A stretch of 64,000 bases of DNA from a virus. The stretch lies in IMG/VR virus record IMGVR_UViG_3300020473_000016; one strand, given 5' to 3'. A model generated the notes under the pieces. The model had not been told where the DNA came from and did not search any database. It saw nothing but the letters and a program-made list of their open reading frames with translations. The translations under genes were made by a program, and so were the position numbers. This document shows positions 27,082-36,721 of this stretch, one piece after another; the stretch's first letter is position 1; each line of letters opens with the position of its first letter.

Positions 27082-30000
27082 TTATGTGATAACGATCTGT
27101 CCTACCAAATTAGAATCAACTCTACATTGATAGTATAATGTAGTTCCTGATAGTCCATAAGTATATAATTGAACCTGGCTATTTGTTGCCTCATTACCAA
27201 TAACACCATTACCATCACCAACAAATCCATATGTTTTTAATTGATTTACTGTTCCAATTCCAGCAGCAGTTTTTATCTGGAATGGATTGCTAGGTGCAAC
27301 AACATTAAAATGTATCACATCACCTTCGTTAATATTAATAGTTGGATCTTGTGCTCCAGTATGAGTAGTAGAACGATCAGATCCAGTAAAAACATAATGA
27401 TCAGTTACAGTAGTAACATCAAAAGTAAAAATTGTATCTTGTCTCTCATGATAGGTACGTGGTCTTGGGAATAACTGTCTGGAAGTTCCTGCTTTTGGTA
27501 CTGGTACTCTCGATCCTTTTACCTCACCTATAAGTCCACTAGTAGGACGTGGATTAACTGCAAGGATGTATCTATTAGGACTATCTTTTTGACAGGTAGG
27601 ATCACTAAAGTTTCCATTCTGTCCTAGTACTCCTGGTTGTGCTGTAACTACAATCTGTCCATTCATACCAGAATGTAATGCACATTGATAATAGTATGTA
27701 CCAGCAGCAGTTGCTTGCCAACTAACAACATCTTCAGCTCTATTAGAACCTTGATTAGTTGCACCAGTTACTTGATTACCTGTACCAGTACCTTGAGCCG
27801 TCTTAATATAGAGTGGATGATTATAATATGTACCAGCAGCATGTACTACAATCGTTCCACCTACACCAAGATTATTTCCAGACTGATAATAATACGTTCC
27901 TGGAACTACAGTCGTCCCTGCATTAGTATCCCATCCAGTACCACTTGTTCCACCCTGACCATACGTAGTACCTGTAGTAACTTGATCTCCAGACCCAGTA
28001 GTTGCAGCAGTTTTTATATAGATAGGATCATTTGCTATGCTAGTAGCAGGAGAAAAATCAACAGCATCACCTACTTCCATATTGATAGTAGGATTATCAC
28101 TAGGACCAAGTGATCCACCAGGATTACTATGCATTACAGTTCTATCAGAATATTGAATGGTATATGCAGTGGATAGATCCCCAGTATTAGTTGAAGGGAA
28201 TGACCTACCAGCACCCCATATAATTCTTACAGCACCACTACCACCTTGAGCACCAGAACCAGATCCACCACCACCATACAGGTTAGTGGATCCATCAGAT
28301 CCAGGTTCACCACTTCCAAAACATTGAACACCAGTATAGTTTCCACAACCTAAACCACTAGTACCTTCACCTAAGAGTCCTACACCACCTCCAACATATC
28401 CACCACCATATCCTCCTCCACCACCAGCTCCACCAGATCCATCATCACCTCTACCAGCAAGACCAACAACATTAGGATGTGTTGATCCATCTCCACCACC
28501 ACCATCTCCACCATTTCCAGAATATCCACCAGCTCCACCACCGCCACCTTCATATCCAGTTCCTGGAACGCTTTGACCACCATCTCCACCAGCACCGCCA
28601 TTACCACCACCATCACCAGTATAAGTTCCACCAGGTTGTCCAACCTGAGTTGTTGATCCTTGTCCACCGCCACCTTTTACAGTAGATGTGTTTATAAAAT
28701 ATGAATCACCACCATTATTACCTGGTACAACACCGTCAGCACCAACGACTACAGTATATGATTGTCCTGGTGTTACTGAAATATTATTCTTCCATCCAAG
28801 TCCACCACCTCCAGCAGCACCACCCTCTCCAGCAGTATTACCGTTACTACCAGCACCTCCACCACCAATTGCAACAACACAAACAGATGTCACACCAGCA
28901 GGACAAGTCCAACTATATGATCCTGGTGTTGTATATACACTATTCTGTGGGGAAGATACTGCTGTTATTTGAGCAAACATACTACCTGTAGGAGGTTGTT
29001 GGAACTGTACAGTGTCACCTACATGCATACTAATAGTTGGATTGTTACCACTAACAGCACCATTAACATCTGTTCCACTTACAATATATGCTCCAGATCC
29101 AGTAGCATTAGTACTGAAAAAGTATGATGATTGTCCACCAGAAGGACCAACATCAAAGGTCATGTCACTTACCTTTGAATTCTTTTGTATGTAAGATAGA
29201 ACATCATCATTAGTAAACCTTTCTTTATTTGTTGCTAGACATGCAGCAATACCACAGACCTGTGGTGATGCCATGCTAGTTCCACTAATAGGATAACAAT
29301 ACTGAGGATCTCCACCATACTTTGTATCAGCAATACCATAGTTGAGTGTAGAACCACCACTATCCATGATAACTCCTGGTTTACCCCAACAAGAAATAAT
29401 CTGAGTACCTGGAGCCCATACATCTATAGCAGGACCAAAGTTAGAGTTTGGATTTCTTTTAAAATTTTTATCATCATATATGTAACCAACACATATAACA
29501 TTAGGAGAACTATTAGGACTAGATCCTCTACAAAAATATCTTGTTCCTTGAGTATTAAAAATTGCTCTATTATCCCAATCCTGATGTGTTGTTCCATCTG
29601 GGTTCTGTTGTGGAACCATATAATAATCATTGTTTCCAGCAGCACCAATAATAACCACACCATCTTCAATAGCATCCTCTACATCTGCTTGTATAGCAGT
29701 TATGTGTGAATTTAATCTACGTTTACTAGGAGCAAGACCAAAGTCTGCCTCTACTCCATTAATAGTCCATCCACTTGGATTAGGATTAGAAGAATTATAA
29801 GTTACACCACGCCAAATTATTGAGTTCAAATCACCAATGTCCCATGGATCTAAAGTTGATCCATAACCCCAACTATGATTTGTTATCGTAGGATTCCTTC
29901 TACCAGTAGTAGCATTGACTGCTTTATGCCTATGAAATGCTCTTAGATAATCAAACATAAGGTAAGTATTCATAGCAGTACCTTGACCACCAAAATTACC

Positions 30001-30702
30001 TAACACCTGCATACTATAAATGTTTGCTTCCTTAGCCCATCCATAAGTTTTACCAGCAACAGTACCTGCCACGTGAGTACCATGATAAGTTTCATTAACA
30101 GTGTTACTAAAATAATTGTTGTAAGGAGGACTAGGTATAGTAATACCATCATCATCAATACTAGTTACATAACTATTAAGTTCTGTATACCAATCATACT
30201 GTACATATCTACTACTACCACTACCACCGTCCCACTCTTTCATATCAATTGATACTTGGTTGTCACATATAACTACGTCAACATGTTTACCATCATTAAA
30301 GATAGTAGCAGTTGCAGTTTTACTTTGTGTTCCATCACCACCAAACGTACCCTTATCTCTATCAGAATCAGTACCAGCACAATGCAACTTACCCCAATCA
30401 TAATCTGTTGCAGTATAGTTAGCAGCAGTTGACTTACGGAATGTACCAGTCTGTTGATGTGAAGTAATCCTTTCTAATGCAAATGGTTCAGGAGTAATAC
30501 CTAACTCTTCTGGACGTAACTCAACATCCCATACTCTAGAATCTGTTTTAATTTCTGCTGCCTGTGCCTCTGTCATCCAATAGTGTGTGTTCCTACTAAT
30601 AGGACGCTTCTGATACAAACGATATCCTTCAGAAGCCATGTCACTATAGAACCCATCTAGGTCTTCACGATTGTGAAGAGTTACGACATAGATTTTTTCC
30701 AT
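27082..30702 (-). CDS. Subtilisin-like (S8) peptidase with Gly-rich module and cupredoxin-like repeats
   Basis: Triad VDVVICD / HGTHVAGTVAG / GTSMASPQVCG; oxyanion AAGN; YYYQCALHSGMNGQIVV. Confidence 0.85.
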   Translation of the reverse strand: MEKIYVVTLHNREDLDGFYSDMASEGYRLYQKRPISRNTHYWMTEAQAAEIKTDSRVWDVELRPEELGITPEPFALERITSHQQTGTFRKSTAANYTATDYDWGKLHCAGTDSDRDKGTFGGDGTQSKTATATIFNDGKHVDVVICDNQVSIDMKEWDGGSGSSRYVQYDWYTELNSYVTSIDDDGITIPSPPYNNYFSNTVNETYHGTHVAGTVAGKTYGWAKEANIYSMQVLGNFGGQGTAMNTYLMFDYLRAFHRHKAVNATTGRRNPTITNHSWGYGSTLDPWDIGDLNSIIWRGVTYNSSNPNPSGWTINGVEADFGLAPSKRRLNSHITAIQADVEDAIEDGVVIIGAAGNNDYYMVPQQNPDGTTHQDWDNRAIFNTQGTRYFCRGSSPNSSPNVICVGYIYDDKNFKRNPNSNFGPAIDVWAPGTQIISCWGKPGVIMDSGGSTLNYGIADTKYGGDPQYCYPISGTSMASPQVCGIAACLATNKERFTNDDVLSYIQKNSKVSDMTFDVGPSGGQSSYFFSTNATGSGAYIVSGTDVNGAVSGNNPTISMHVGDTVQFQQPPTGSMFAQITAVSSPQNSVYTTPGSYSWTCPAGVTSVCVVAIGGGGAGSNGNTAGEGGAAGGGGLGWKNNISVTPGQSYTVVVGADGVVPGNNGGDSYFINTSTVKGGGGQGSTTQVGQPGGTYTGDGGGNGGAGGDGGQSVPGTGYEGGGGGAGGYSGNGGDGGGGDGSTHPNVVGLAGRGDDGSGGAGGGGGYGGGYVGGGVGLLGEGTSGLGCGNYTGVQCFGSGEPGSDGSTNLYGGGGSGSGAQGGSGAVRIIWGAGRSFPSTNTGDLSTAYTIQYSDRTVMHSNPGGSLGPSDNPTINMEVGDAVDFSPATSIANDPIYIKTAATTGSGDQVTTGTTYGQGGTSGTGWDTNAGTTVVPGTYYYQSGNNLGVGGTIVVHAAGTYYNHPLYIKTAQGTGTGNQVTGATNQGSNRAEDVVSWQATAAGTYYYQCALHSGMNGQIVVTAQPGVLGQNGNFSDPTCQKDSPNRYILAVNPRPTSGLIGEVKGSRVPVPKAGTSRQLFPRPRTYHERQDTIFTFDVTTVTDHYVFTGSDRSTTHTGAQDPTININEGDVIHFNVVAPSNPFQIKTAAGIGTVNQLKTYGFVGDGNGVIGNEATNSQVQLYTYGLSGTTLYYQCRVDSNLVGQIVIT

Positions 30703-30704
30703 CT

Positions 30705-33044
30705 TTAAGCCTCTAGTTTGATTACTGTCATACCAACTGTTATTGTAGTAGTACCACCACTCTTATTAACTACCCTCAAATACATGTTTGTAGAAGGTGT
30801 TCCATCATTATTCCATCCTATAGTTCCTGGTGTAATGATCTGTTTCTGGTTAGCTGATGTTGTAATTACCTCAGCAATAACACCTGATCCTGGTAATGGA
30901 TCTGTGTTCTCACTTCTACCTGCATCAGCTGCTCTAGCTGTAGCGTCAGTATAAACCGTGACCCATGCAGCAGCAGATAATTCAATAGCAAGTAAAGCAT
31001 ATGATTTATATCCAACAACAGTAATATTATCAGTTGTACCATCAGAAAGACTAACAGTTGTAGCAGTATAAGTTTGTCTCGTAGATAGACCACTAGTAGA
31101 AGCAACTTGCCAAGATCCATCACCTCTCAGGTAGGTGGTAGCATCAGCAGTTCCAGTTCCAAGTCTTGCCGTTGGAACTGTTCCAGAAGCTAGATTACTT
31201 GCATTTAAGTTAGTTAAATTTGTAGCAGAGAATGTAGGAGTACTAGTCCAAGATGGTACTACACCAGATCCCCCTGATACTAAAACCTCATTAGCATTAC
31301 CAGCTGGTAAGATATCAGTGTCATTATTCGCAGCTTGATATAATAATCTTGCTGTAGCATTGATTGATAAATCACCTGCTGTTGTAGCAGTATCAGCATT
31401 ACCAGTTAAGTCACCAACAAATCCACCAGTAGCAGTAACTGTTGAATCAGTAGCAAATGTACCAGCACCATCTATAGTCAAACATGATAGATCATTAAAG
31501 TTTCCTATCTGAAGTGCGTTTATACCAGTTCCATTACTATTAGGTCCATCTGCTCTACATACTGCTACTCCAGTATTTTGAAATGTCCAACCAAGAGTTG
31601 TAGTACCAGCATAATGTCCAAATTCAGTAGGGAAATAACCACTTGTTTCAGTGATAGAAGTTTTAGTTACTCCACCACCAGAACCAGCGATACTAAAACC
31701 ATTTAGATCTAATGCACCACCAAGTTGAGGTGAGGTATCTTCTACAATATTAGATAGATATCCAGCAACACTATGATCACCCCAACCATATGCATTGTCC
31801 CAATTAGTAATCTTTGCATTAGTAACATTACCAGCATCACCTAGTGATGTTAAGTATCCACCCTGCGAATGATCACCCCAACCATATGCTGTGTTCCAAT
31901 TGGTTGAGTTACCAGCACTAGCAGTAACAGATCCAGCAACAGTAATACCTGTAGAAGTTGTGGTTATACGAGCAGAATCATTGTGATATATTATAGTGTT
32001 TGTAGCATTTGCTTTTACAAACTTAGTAGCACCAGAGTTTAATCCAATATCAGGACTACTAATGGTTAGACCAGTAGAAGTGTCTGTAATTGTTGATGTA
32101 TCTGTGCTATTAGTATATGCTATTTGTAGATCATCATCAGTTCCCAACTTGATGATCTTATCATCAACCATCTCTAAATGTTGATTGACATTAATGTCAG
32201 CATCAAAACTAACAGAAACATTAAAGGTAGGTGATCCTGAGTTTACAACTGCACCTCTAGTAATTACAGACTGTAATGTATCTACTTCAGCAGTAATGAA
32301 TGAAGTAAGATCAGCAGGTGCAAATGTGAATACACCAGTTCCATTATTATATGACAACGATCCACCACCTGATGCAGCACCAGTAGAAGTAGAAAGATCT
32401 GTTAATGCTATACCACTACCACCTGATGAAGTAAGATCAGTTCCAGGTTCCCATTCACTATTTGCATTGTTCCATTTAAGAACTTGTCCATCACTAGGTG
32501 CGTTGGAAGATACATTTGATAAACCACTAAGAGCAAGAGCAGGTATTGAAGTTACGTAACCAGCACTAGCATGATTACCCCAACCATATGCTGTATCCCA
32601 GTTAGTAATCTTTGCAGTAGTAACACCAGCAGCAGCACCAAGTGATGTTAAGTATCCACTAAGGTCTGGTGGAGTGTATGTAAATTCTGCGTTAGCATTA
32701 TTAAGCGATAAATTACCACCACCACTAGGAGCCGCAACCGTCACCGTAGAGATACCTGGTATCGCTGGTTTATTTTTTATAACTGCAAGTCCAGTAGTAG
32801 CATTCCAATCCGCCTGGATTTGTGCTGCTGGAATTGTAGGCTTATTAGTTAAGTCTTGATAATTTCCACTGAAAGGATTTGTCCATTGTATAGTTGTGCC
32901 AGTAGAACTCAGTACTTGTCCTAATGTTCCAAAAGTTCCACCTGCTTGAAGTTCCTTGCCAGCAGGAATATTCAGACCTTCTTTCAGCTCTATGGGTGAG
33001 TTATCAGCGTAGTTGGCAATCTGATTTGCAAGTATTTTTGACAT
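30705..33044 (-). CDS. Fibre-like virion protein with internal repeats
   Basis: Three NW(D/N)xAYGWG(D/N)H repeats; LDLNG, LASGTVPTARLGTGTADATTYLRGDG.W fibre motifs. Confidence 0.7.
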   Translation of the reverse strand: MSKILANQIANYADNSPIELKEGLNIPAGKELQAGGTFGTLGQVLSSTGTTIQWTNPFSGNYQDLTNKPTIPAAQIQADWNATTGLAVIKNKPAIPGISTVTVAAPSGGGNLSLNNANAEFTYTPPDLSGYLTSLGAAAGVTTAKITNWDTAYGWGNHASAGYVTSIPALALSGLSNVSSNAPSDGQVLKWNNANSEWEPGTDLTSSGGSGIALTDLSTSTGAASGGGSLSYNNGTGVFTFAPADLTSFITAEVDTLQSVITRGAVVNSGSPTFNVSVSFDADINVNQHLEMVDDKIIKLGTDDDLQIAYTNSTDTSTITDTSTGLTISSPDIGLNSGATKFVKANATNTIIYHNDSARITTTSTGITVAGSVTASAGNSTNWNTAYGWGDHSQGGYLTSLGDAGNVTNAKITNWDNAYGWGDHSVAGYLSNIVEDTSPQLGGALDLNGFSIAGSGGGVTKTSITETSGYFPTEFGHYAGTTTLGWTFQNTGVAVCRADGPNSNGTGINALQIGNFNDLSCLTIDGAGTFATDSTVTATGGFVGDLTGNADTATTAGDLSINATARLLYQAANNDTDILPAGNANEVLVSGGSGVVPSWTSTPTFSATNLTNLNASNLASGTVPTARLGTGTADATTYLRGDGSWQVASTSGLSTRQTYTATTVSLSDGTTDNITVVGYKSYALLAIELSAAAWVTVYTDATARAADAGRSENTDPLPGSGVIAEVITTSANQKQIITPGTIGWNNDGTPSTNMYLRVVNKSGGTTTITVGMTVIKLEA
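31785..31860. repeat. About 70 nt imperfect direct repeat; second copy at about 32585-32660
   Basis: ..TTAGTAATCTTTGCA(T/G)TAGTAACA..AGTGATGTTAAGTATCCA at both sites. Confidence 0.75.
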
Positions 33045-33083
33045 AAACTTCTAGTCCTGTAGACACTTTCTCTGAGCTAGAAG

Positions 33084-33090
33084 TATTTAT
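33084..33090 (-). promoter_or_regulatory. T4-type late promoter
   Basis: ATAAATA about 40 nt before the island's first gene. Confidence 0.55.
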
Positions 33091-33566
33091 GAATAAACTA
33101 GATTACCTGCGACTATACTACGACCATTACATTGGTTAGGTGGTACATAATGATCAACCCAACCAGGAAACATTATCATCATACCTTCTATAGGTCTTAT
33201 CCTCTTACGAATCTCTCTGAATACTATAGGTGATGAACCTTCTGGTGTATTAACATAGTATACAAATGCCCAATCATTATGAATATGATTATGAAATTTT
33301 TGAAAATGTCCTTCTTGATATACCTGACCCCACAAATCTACTAACTCAGTGGGTCTATCTACTAAACTTTGTGCATACTCTGCAATTTTAACAAACTCTT
33401 CTACCTTAAAACAATCCCACTTGGTCATCAATGCTCCTTTATCTTTGGTGACACTGTTGTCACATATAATTCTATGCAAGAGACCATTTTCTTCTCGTGC
33501 TTTTGGATATTGAAAGGCACGTATCTCTCCTAAATTTAATCCTTCATAGTCAAATAATCTATTCAT
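33087..33566 (-). CDS. Putative 2OG-Fe(II) oxygenase
   Basis: WGQVY..FQKFHNH..WAFVYYV, MFPGWVDHYVPP, RSIVAGN. Confidence 0.8.
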   Translation of the reverse strand: MNRLFDYEGLNLGEIRAFQYPKAREENGLLHRIICDNSVTKDKGALMTKWDCFKVEEFVKIAEYAQSLVDRPTELVDLWGQVYQEGHFQKFHNHIHNDWAFVYYVNTPEGSSPIVFREIRKRIRPIEGMMIMFPGWVDHYVPPNQCNGRSIVAGNLVYS

Positions 33567-33783
33567 ATTCCCATTCAGTAATATCACCTGGAAGAATAAA
33601 TTGAGACGCTGCTTTCACAGCGTCATCAAGATACTCATAAGGACCATACTCCTCACCATTATAATCATAATAAAATTCACCACATCTTTCCTCGACTGTA
33701 AAATGATTTACAACCTTATCTCCATTAACCTCTTCGATTAATCTAAAAGAACATGGATTAGGATACAGTTGGTGGTTTGTCAT
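33559..33783 (-). CDS. Hypothetical protein
   Basis: Acidic 74 aa ORF. Confidence 0.5.
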   Translation of the reverse strand: MTNHQLYPNPCSFRLIEEVNGDKVVNHFTVEERCGEFYYDYNGEEYGPYEYLDDAVKAASQFILPGDITEWEYE

Positions 33784-34183
33784 CGGAATCATCACTAAAA
33801 GTAATCACATCATTAGTACCCCATGCAGAAGGATCTGGTGTGAAAGTTACATTATTCTCTAAATCAGATGTGTCTATGTTTACATCACCTGTTATTAGAT
33901 CATCTAATATTCCTGTGTCTGGTGTAGGGAAACTTATAACATTATCTAATGCATCCAAGTCTCCACCCAATTTGAAATCGTGCTCTGCTTTATTCCTATA
34001 GTAGTCAGATATATTATCTACCTTTCTAATTGGAGTACATGCAAGGACATCCTTAACACTATTCAAACATTCGACAAGCATACTAAGATTCTCATCGTTT
34101 TTCTGTTCCAAAGATTCCACAAACGCTGCACGAAGTTCTTCTTCAGCAGCAAGTAAGTGCTTTCTAATATCGTTACAAGACAT
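33758..34183 (-). CDS. Acidic hypothetical protein
   Basis: Likely start MSCNDIRKHLL. Confidence 0.55.
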   Translation of the reverse strand: MSCNDIRKHLLAAEEELRAAFVESLEQKNDENLSMLVECLNSVKDVLACTPIRKVDNISDYYRNKAEHDFKLGGDLDALDNVISFPTPDTGILDDLITGDVNIDTSDLENNVTFTPDPSAWGTNDVITFSDDSDDKPPTVS

Positions 34184-34188
34184 ATTTT

Positions 34189-35217
34189 TTATACCATGAA
34201 TGTTGTTAAAAATGCATAACCAATTAACCAAGCACACAATCCACCAAGTACCTTATAGTATTTGCGGATAGGTGTACCAAAGTATTGCTGTCCTATCATA
34301 AGACATTTATGTGCTGGTGACAAGAGGTAACCTGAATATTCTGTAGATAAAAACCACACGAGATATTGAGGTCCAAAGACTGCTACAAGAGCAGAAGTCA
34401 TACCAGCATACTTACCTGATGAACCCATAATCCACGATGCAACTGCTGCAACAATAGAAACAGGAATAATCATAGAAGGATCTGCACCCTTAAGATATTC
34501 CATTACAGGTCCATGAATCTGTTTAACTACACCGCCAAGAGCAAGAACTACTGTTGCAATGATAGCAAACTTTCCATCAAGGTATTTACCCCAGTTCCAA
34601 TCTTTACAAATGATACTATAGTAACATGCCATAGCACCAAACCAAGGAAAGAAGAAGATTGCTCCACCTTTACCTGTTGCAAGTAAGAACCACAATGTAG
34701 CAATAAAAGGAGCCCATCCTCTCAATGCTCTAATCCAATTGAAGTCCCTGATGTTACTTAAATCAGGTACAACTGATTGAGGATCAACCTTAGAAAATAT
34801 ATACCACCATGTATATGCTAGGCATATAATAAGAGGTACTATAGTATAACTTAGGAATCCCCAATAACTTATACCCAACACTGCCATTGGTAGTGCCACT
34901 GTCTTCTCCAATGGAGACCACCAGTAGTAATGGTGTGTTGAAAGGTAATCAATTATGCCAAATGCACTTCTCTTACGCTTATCTGGTGGTGCTATTGCAT
35001 CAAGAAGAGGTGCTGAGAGTGCAACTCTTCCAGGAATAGGTAATACACCACCGAAAATGCTAGTAAGAATAATAAGGATACGGTTATCCTTGACATATCT
35101 TTTTATTAAAGAGTATACATCATCTAGTACATGATATTGACGAATAAATCCACCTAGTATCATAATACCAAAGATGTAACCCATGTAGAGTTCGTTCTTT
35201 AGTATTGCTTGTATCAT
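34189..35217 (-). CDS. Multi-pass membrane transporter-like protein (ion transporter superfamily, DUF401-like)
   Basis: About 9-10 hydrophobic helices; GGVLPIPGR, HHYYWWSPL, GSSGKYAG, GYLLSPAHKCL. Confidence 0.7.
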   Translation of the reverse strand: MIQAILKNELYMGYIFGIMILGGFIRQYHVLDDVYSLIKRYVKDNRILIILTSIFGGVLPIPGRVALSAPLLDAIAPPDKRKRSAFGIIDYLSTHHYYWWSPLEKTVALPMAVLGISYWGFLSYTIVPLIICLAYTWWYIFSKVDPQSVVPDLSNIRDFNWIRALRGWAPFIATLWFLLATGKGGAIFFFPWFGAMACYYSIICKDWNWGKYLDGKFAIIATVVLALGGVVKQIHGPVMEYLKGADPSMIIPVSIVAAVASWIMGSSGKYAGMTSALVAVFGPQYLVWFLSTEYSGYLLSPAHKCLMIGQQYFGTPIRKYYKVLGGLCAWLIGYAFLTTFMV

Positions 35218-35366
35218 ATATCACAAGGGTTTTGAAATTTAGTTATATCAGTGGCAATATACTTTTCACCACTTGATTTTTTAATAAGGAAGTCTTCGCC
35301 ATTCTCTATACGAAGAGTATATTTGTCTAGATCTCCTTTAAATTCTTCTTCAGTTAGTTCAATCAT
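35214..35366 (-). CDS. Small hypothetical protein
   Basis: Start MIELTEEEF with ATGA coupling. Confidence 0.5.
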   Translation of the reverse strand: MIELTEEEFKGDLDKYTLRIENGEDFLIKKSSGEKYIATDITKFQNPCDI

Positions 35367-35623
35367 ATTGTACAACAAATTTTTTCTTTTTGCAAGTAGT
35401 TGATTGAGTCTTGACAACCACCCAAATGTAACCTGTCTCCGTATCCATCTAACACAACCTGTGGGAAGGTAGCACCTTCACCAAACTCTTGGTAGAATTC
35501 TTTCTCAGAAAATTGACTACCAAGTTTATATTCAACAAATGTTAATTCTTGATGTTCCATTACTGCTACAAATTTTTCGCAATAAGGACAGTCTGGTTTA
35601 GAGTATACAATTAGAGAGATCAT
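35363..35623 (-). CDS. nrdC: Glutaredoxin (CPYC)
   Basis: YSKPDCPYC, TFPQV, GGCQD. Confidence 0.9.
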   Translation of the reverse strand: MISLIVYSKPDCPYCEKFVAVMEHQELTFVEYKLGSQFSEKEFYQEFGEGATFPQVVLDGYGDRLHLGGCQDSINYLQKEKICCTI

Positions 35624-36276
35624 GTTTGAGTTTTAGCCGCAAGATAATCGTTATTAAACAGTTCTAACCCTTCACGAGTTAGGACATGATCATACATCTT
35701 ATCGAAGACTTTAACAGGTATAGTACATACATTTGCACCATACTCAAAGGCTCTACCTACATCCCTGACGTTTCTAATGGAAGCAGCAAGGATTTGTGTT
35801 TCAACATCATGCCTCTTATATGTATTAGCGATGTCTTTTACAAGGCATAGACCTCCAAAAGAATTATCATCTACTCTACCTACAAAAGGAGAAACGTAGG
35901 ATGCACCTGCCTTTGCAGCAAGTATTGCTTGTGATACTGAGAACACAAGAGTTACATTAGTTAATATACCATCATTGTGTAATTCATAACAAGCTTTTAA
36001 TCCCTCACGTGTGCAAGGTACTTTAATTGTAACATTATCACTGAGAGAAATGTATGGTTGTGCTTGTTCTACCATCTCTTCAGCAGTCTCAGCAACTACC
36101 TCAGCAGAGATGGACTCAAGGTTAGGACATGCTTGATAGATCTCTTCGATCACATCACTCTGTTGCCTTCCTGACCTGAGTATAAGAGTGGGGTTAGTGG
36201 TGACACCATCAACCAGACCAGTCTTGTATCCATCAACAATTTGATCCACCTCAGCGGTATCTAAAAATATTTTCAT
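35620..36276 (-). CDS. talC: Transaldolase (TalC/MipB type)
   Basis: MKIFLDTA, GVTTNPTLI, TIKVP, NVTLVFS, YVSPFVGR, ILAASIR. Confidence 0.97.
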   Translation of the reverse strand: MKIFLDTAEVDQIVDGYKTGLVDGVTTNPTLILRSGRQQSDVIEEIYQACPNLESISAEVVAETAEEMVEQAQPYISLSDNVTIKVPCTREGLKACYELHNDGILTNVTLVFSVSQAILAAKAGASYVSPFVGRVDDNSFGGLCLVKDIANTYKRHDVETQILAASIRNVRDVGRAFEYGANVCTIPVKVFDKMYDHVLTREGLELFNNDYLAAKTQT

Positions 36277-36485
36277 GGTTTTGTATTAAGAGGTTCCATT
36301 TTCAGGAACTGTTCATTCAAATTATAAAACAATTTATAGTTGGTTGTATTAACCCAGTAGCCAATGATGTCCGAACCATCACAGTTGTAACCGTAACCTG
36401 TAAGTGGTTCATTGACACCATCAATTCTAAATGTCTTACCACCTTTTTCTAGGTAGTTGTGAAATTTTTCATCCAGATTGATCAT
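36273..36485 (-). CDS. Hypothetical protein
   Basis: 70 aa ORF with ATGA coupling. Confidence 0.55.
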   Translation of the reverse strand: MINLDEKFHNYLEKGGKTFRIDGVNEPLTGYGYNCDGSDIIGYWVNTTNYKLFYNLNEQFLKMEPLNTKP

Positions 36486-36721
36486 CTCTCCTCAAATATT
36501 ATTTTACGGACTTTTCTTTTACGACGAGCCTCTTGGTATTTTAGGTCATCAACAGTGAAAAGTGTTGATTTCTTAACATTATTAATAGATTCTGTTAACG
36601 TAACCAAGTTTAGATCATTTGCAATAACATGATCATCCCTTATCGTGGTCATATTAGGACAGCCGCAGCAACCTGATCCAACAAGTTCCTTACCACATAC
36701 ACGGCACTTTACTTTTAACAT
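36482..36721 (-). CDS. Cys-rich hypothetical protein
   Basis: CRVC..CCGCPN motif. Confidence 0.6.
   Translation of the reverse strand: MLKVKCRVCGKELVGSGCCGCPNMTTIRDDHVIANDLNLVTLTESINNVKKSTLFTVDDLKYQEARRKRKVRKIIFEER

Noticed and set aside
20456-33044. Many 60-180 aa plus-strand and alternate-frame ORFs over the fibre island
   Set aside because: Shadow ORFs caused by Gly/Thr/Ala codon bias on the minus strand; no SDs or motifs
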